Source: Amoebidium appalachense (Eukaryota; Protista; Ichthyosporea). From it: a stretch of 64,000 bases of DNA. Below are positions 60,554 through 64,000 of the stretch, one piece after another; position 1 is the stretch's first letter, and each line of letters opens with the position of its first letter. Below the pieces are notes generated by a model. The model was not told where the DNA came from. It worked only from the letters and a program-made list of their open reading frames with translations, and ran no database searches. The stretch spans positions 6,278,907-6,342,906 of the forward strand of contig CAVNZM010000001.1 of assembly GCA_963693365.1 (NCBI GenBank), given 5' to 3'. The position numbers were made by a program, and so were the translations under genes.

Positions 60554-62613
60554 CAAGGCCTCCTAAATAAGCTCCTAAATAGCTCACCGGGCCGAGGCAC
60601 GCAGTCGTCACATAGGAATGATGACGTCATTCAAGGGTAGGGGCCATGTTTCGCCGATTGATGCCAAAGTACATAGTGAAGTGCATATGTTTGCGACCCT
60701 TTTCGTGAGGTTTTCCTGCAGTAGTAACACGAAGAAGATAGGTAGTGCCTCTATAGACACTCTCAGCAGCTACCCATAGTCATGAGCTTGTGCTTTCTGC
60801 AGCTAAAAGCCGAAATACAGGCAACAACCGCTTGCATCTTGTTTTGCGTTCGGCTGATCAGCGCCCATTGACCAGCGAACTGAGCAGTTCGGCTAACTTA
60901 CTGACTCACGTTCAAAACTCGGCAGATATTTTTACACAAAACTTGAGCATCTGAATAGATTAACTCGGGCCAGGATAAACAGAGTGATGCTTTGAATACA
61001 AAGGCCCGGCGCCACCATCCCTCCTCAGCATCTCTCCCCATTCCGCCCTTTTTCCTTCGGATCCTCTTCTTCACTAGATCTATTCTCCTCCACCTCGAAA
61101 GAAAACACCACTACTACCACAACCAGAACGTGTTCCCTTTCTCCCACCTTCCCTCTCTCGACCAAATGAATCACCACCACCACCATCATCACTTCCCCTT
61201 ACTCCCCCCTCCCCCTCCCCCCCCCCCCCCCCCCCCCCCAACACCCACCCCACCCCACCCCCACCCCCACCCCCGGCCACACACAAACACATCTTCCCAC
61301 CCCCAATTTTTATTCCGGATCCATTTTGAAGGCCTACTCAAGCCTTATATACGTAGCTCTGCTCCTCGAAGGAAACCACCGCTGTTACCACCACCACATC
61401 TACACGCTCCCTCCCTTACACCTCCCCTCTAACCTCCGTATCCACCAGCACTAAAATCACCACCACCCTTCCTTCCCCGTTCTCCCCGGTGAACCCTCTT
61501 CGGATCCGACATCCGACTAGATCTGTTTTCTCATCCCCCCCCCCCCCCCCCCCCTCCCCCCGCCCTTTCTCTCTCTTGGCGCCACTTTCTCCGGATCCGC
61601 TTCCAGTGGGACACTTGTCAGACATGCAAACACCCAAAACAAAAGATGCAGATGTACAGTGAAGGTATACCCTGGGAAACACCTGGCAGATGTGATTCTA
61701 GACGGCAGTCAGTCTCACCAACGTATTCACATTCCGACGTTCCTCTGGCAAGATGACCCGGCACAGTACGGTATTCTGTACGCTCATGCCCCGCAGGGCA
61801 AGCCTACAGTGGGCGTGGCCAGTTCAATCAGTCTCCGGGTATAGTGGGGCCTTGTTGACTACCTCCATCGTCACAATAAAAGCACCGTTCCCGTCCTCGC
61901 CGGCTATCCCTGCTCCAAGACGGGGCGGCGCTCCAGAAACTTCGTGGTGGAGATCCTCAGGGCCAGCCGGGCAGATCTGCCTGCTTGCGCATGGTTAAGC
62001 CCTACTGCTTCAAGACTTAGTGTGTGACTGAGGTCTGGCCAGCCAGATTTGGGAAAGCCCAGGGTTGTGAGGATGAGTCGGTGGGTGGGTGGGTGGTGGT
62101 GGTGGTGGTGGTGGTGGTGGTGGTGGTGGAGGGGGGGGGGGGGTTAGCTTTGAAATTCGGCTCCCTCTATGAAGCTTCATACTCTGCCAAAGTTTATCCG
62201 CCGAGATCCGCTCCGGTGTGACTAAGTGCCTCACCAGCACGGAGCTGGAGGGCAAACTTGCACAAACTTCTACATGCCGGCCTCCAAATTCTCTTGGTCG
62301 CACCCTCGCGGTTCAGCAAGCCAAGAAACGTCCGAAGACTGCAACATTAATTACACCATTACTACGTGCAGACGTGCCATCTGTTGGAGTTTGGAGCTTG
62401 CAACGCGCCGGGGCCGCTCGGGGCTGGTAAGCCGCTAAACAATGATTGCGTCTAGCTGTTTAGCGTAAATATTGCACAAGTTTTGCGCTAAACCTAGTCT
62501 AACCAGGAGGGGTACATCAGATCACAGGTTTCGATAGCCCTACCCTTTCTTACGTCATTCGGAGTATTAGTCTAGTGCGCGCCTCGGCCCGGTGAGCTAT
62601 TTAGGAGGCCTTG
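60554..62613. mobile_element. Non-autonomous TIR element, ~2.06 kb
   Basis: Left end CAAGGCCTCCTAAAT(AAGCTCCTAAAT)AGCTCACCGGGCCGAGGC versus right end GCCTCGGCCCGGTGAGCTATTTAGGAGGCCTTG. Weaker subterminal matches (TGACGT...AAGGGTAGGG) are present. No TSD found. Confidence 0.65.
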
Positions 62614-63059
62614 AAACAAACGCACCGCACACTGTGGAACAAACATTTTCCCTTGGGGTTTACACACTTTTTATTGCGTGGACACTGCCGGAGGCCCAGC
62701 CACATTCGACGGCCTATCACCTGTCATCGAGCAAAAAGCATCGCTGAAAAACATAGAGTAAGAGAGAAGTGAGAGGGAAAAACACACAAGTTCAGTGCCA
62801 CGGTAGAATGCTGTAGAGCTAGAGTGCAAGCGAGGCTTGATTGTGTTTGTTGCTCCCTGCTCCTCCATATACAATACAAATGCAAAACTCCTACTTGTTA
62901 GCATAAGGCGAAACAAAGACACTTCAGGAGCAACTCTTGATATAAGAGAGTCGCACGTTCCGGCTCTCTCTTTATTCTAAAAAGTTCCACACTTTTTATA
63001 ACGCTAACCGTATATTTTTCACATCACCTGATCATCGAAGGTAATCAAAGAAAAAAAGA

Positions 63060-63173
63060 ATGGGTGACATTCGGCAAGATGCTGTTGAACTACAGAGCAC
63101 GGTGTTGAGGCGGTGGGGAAAACGCTATGCCGTGTTGGATGACGAACACCTGTGCTTTTACGCACCAGACACG
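63060..63173 (+). CDS. First exon of a probable PH-domain protein (remaining exons not identified)
   Basis: MGDIRQDAVELQSTVLRRWGKRYAVLDDEHLCFYAPDT followed by the donor GTGAGT. W.KRY.VL....L.FY is the typical PH beta2-beta3 pattern. Confidence 0.7.
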
Positions 63174-63661
63174 GTGAGTAACCACCAACATTGTTGGAAT
63201 TTTAAGATTTGACATCATGGACGTGGAGTTGCTCTGGTGGGCATACCGTGATTGGGGACAAGAATGTTGTTAGGGGTTAGGGCTTGGATTGTATTTTGTG
63301 ACAATGGTTTCAAACTAGAACGGATTTATCGCTGTATTCTCATGTTGCTGAGTACTTTGTTGATGGCAGAGATGCGTTTCTGTTCTGGCTTTGAGGGAAC
63401 ATTTAGCGAGCTGGATCTGTGGGACGCGATTGTTTGTTGGCCTGGAAAACTTTTTGTTACCGGCCGACGGTCTGGCACTGACAGATAATGGACATATGAA
63501 CCGGCCGCTATGTGTGCAGCTTTGAAAGAAGCAGGGCACGGTAGCTTAGCAGGATTTCTAGATAAGTCGTAAGGCGGTGCATGAGTTAGTCGGCTTAGGA
63601 GAGGTGAAGGCATGGGTGGTGGCAGATGATATTTTTGATTTTCGGAACACGGAATGCCCCC

Positions 63662-63692
<31 letters not shown>

Positions 63693-64000
63693 AGGGGGTA
63701 TGCCACATGACTGCATAGTAACCTTTCTTTGTGCACGATGGTGATGGTGGTGGTAGGGATGTCAATTTCACAAGGAGCGGGGTGGGAAGGGGGGGGAGGG
63801 GGGGGGGGGGGGGGAGGTCACATACAAGAGGCTGTTGTTCCTTTACAGATCAATACTGTTTCACCCCAAACCACATACACAATCCAACAGGCACACATTC
63901 CCAACCTCACGAACACCCCAACCCTTACACCGCACTCTCCCCCAACAACCCAACACCTTTTACTTTCCCATACACACGTTCAAGTGTCACAGTTTTCCCC

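Overview
This is eukaryotic genomic DNA, intron-rich and saturated with (CA/GT)n and (GA/CT)n microsatellites and long C/G homopolymers, so nearly all ORF-track entries are low-complexity artefacts. Genes reconstructed by hand: a multi-exon MCM9 helicase (+, ~0.9-18 kb), a 13-exon PP2A scaffold A subunit (+, 22203-31902), a BEN-domain gene inside an inverted-repeat-bounded segment (-, 42.8-45.4 kb), a 5'-truncated poly(A)-tailed non-LTR retrotransposon (-, 52.4-54 kb), an intronless PP1 inhibitor-2 (-, 59338-59856), the first exon of a PH-domain gene (63060-63173) and a few orphan ORFs. The most notable signal is a family of ~400-nt interspersed non-coding elements: six copies or fragments in three diverged subfamilies, at 12.4, 15.4-16.0 and 34.9-36.4 kb. 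Their ~160-nt core keeps the same pseudoknotted fold through compensatory changes, contains a conserved kink-turn and two palindromic loops, and carries hammerhead-ribozyme core motifs (CUGANGA, GAAA, GUH) in a non-canonical order. It is a candidate new ribozyme-bearing retroelement. MCM9 also contains an AT-AC U12-type intron with an in-frame GT-AG pair nested just inside it. All calls come from manual reading; no searches or folding programs were run. The organism is not determined; MCM9 plus a U12 intron plus a BEN domain would fit a holozoan-like protist, but that is inference only.
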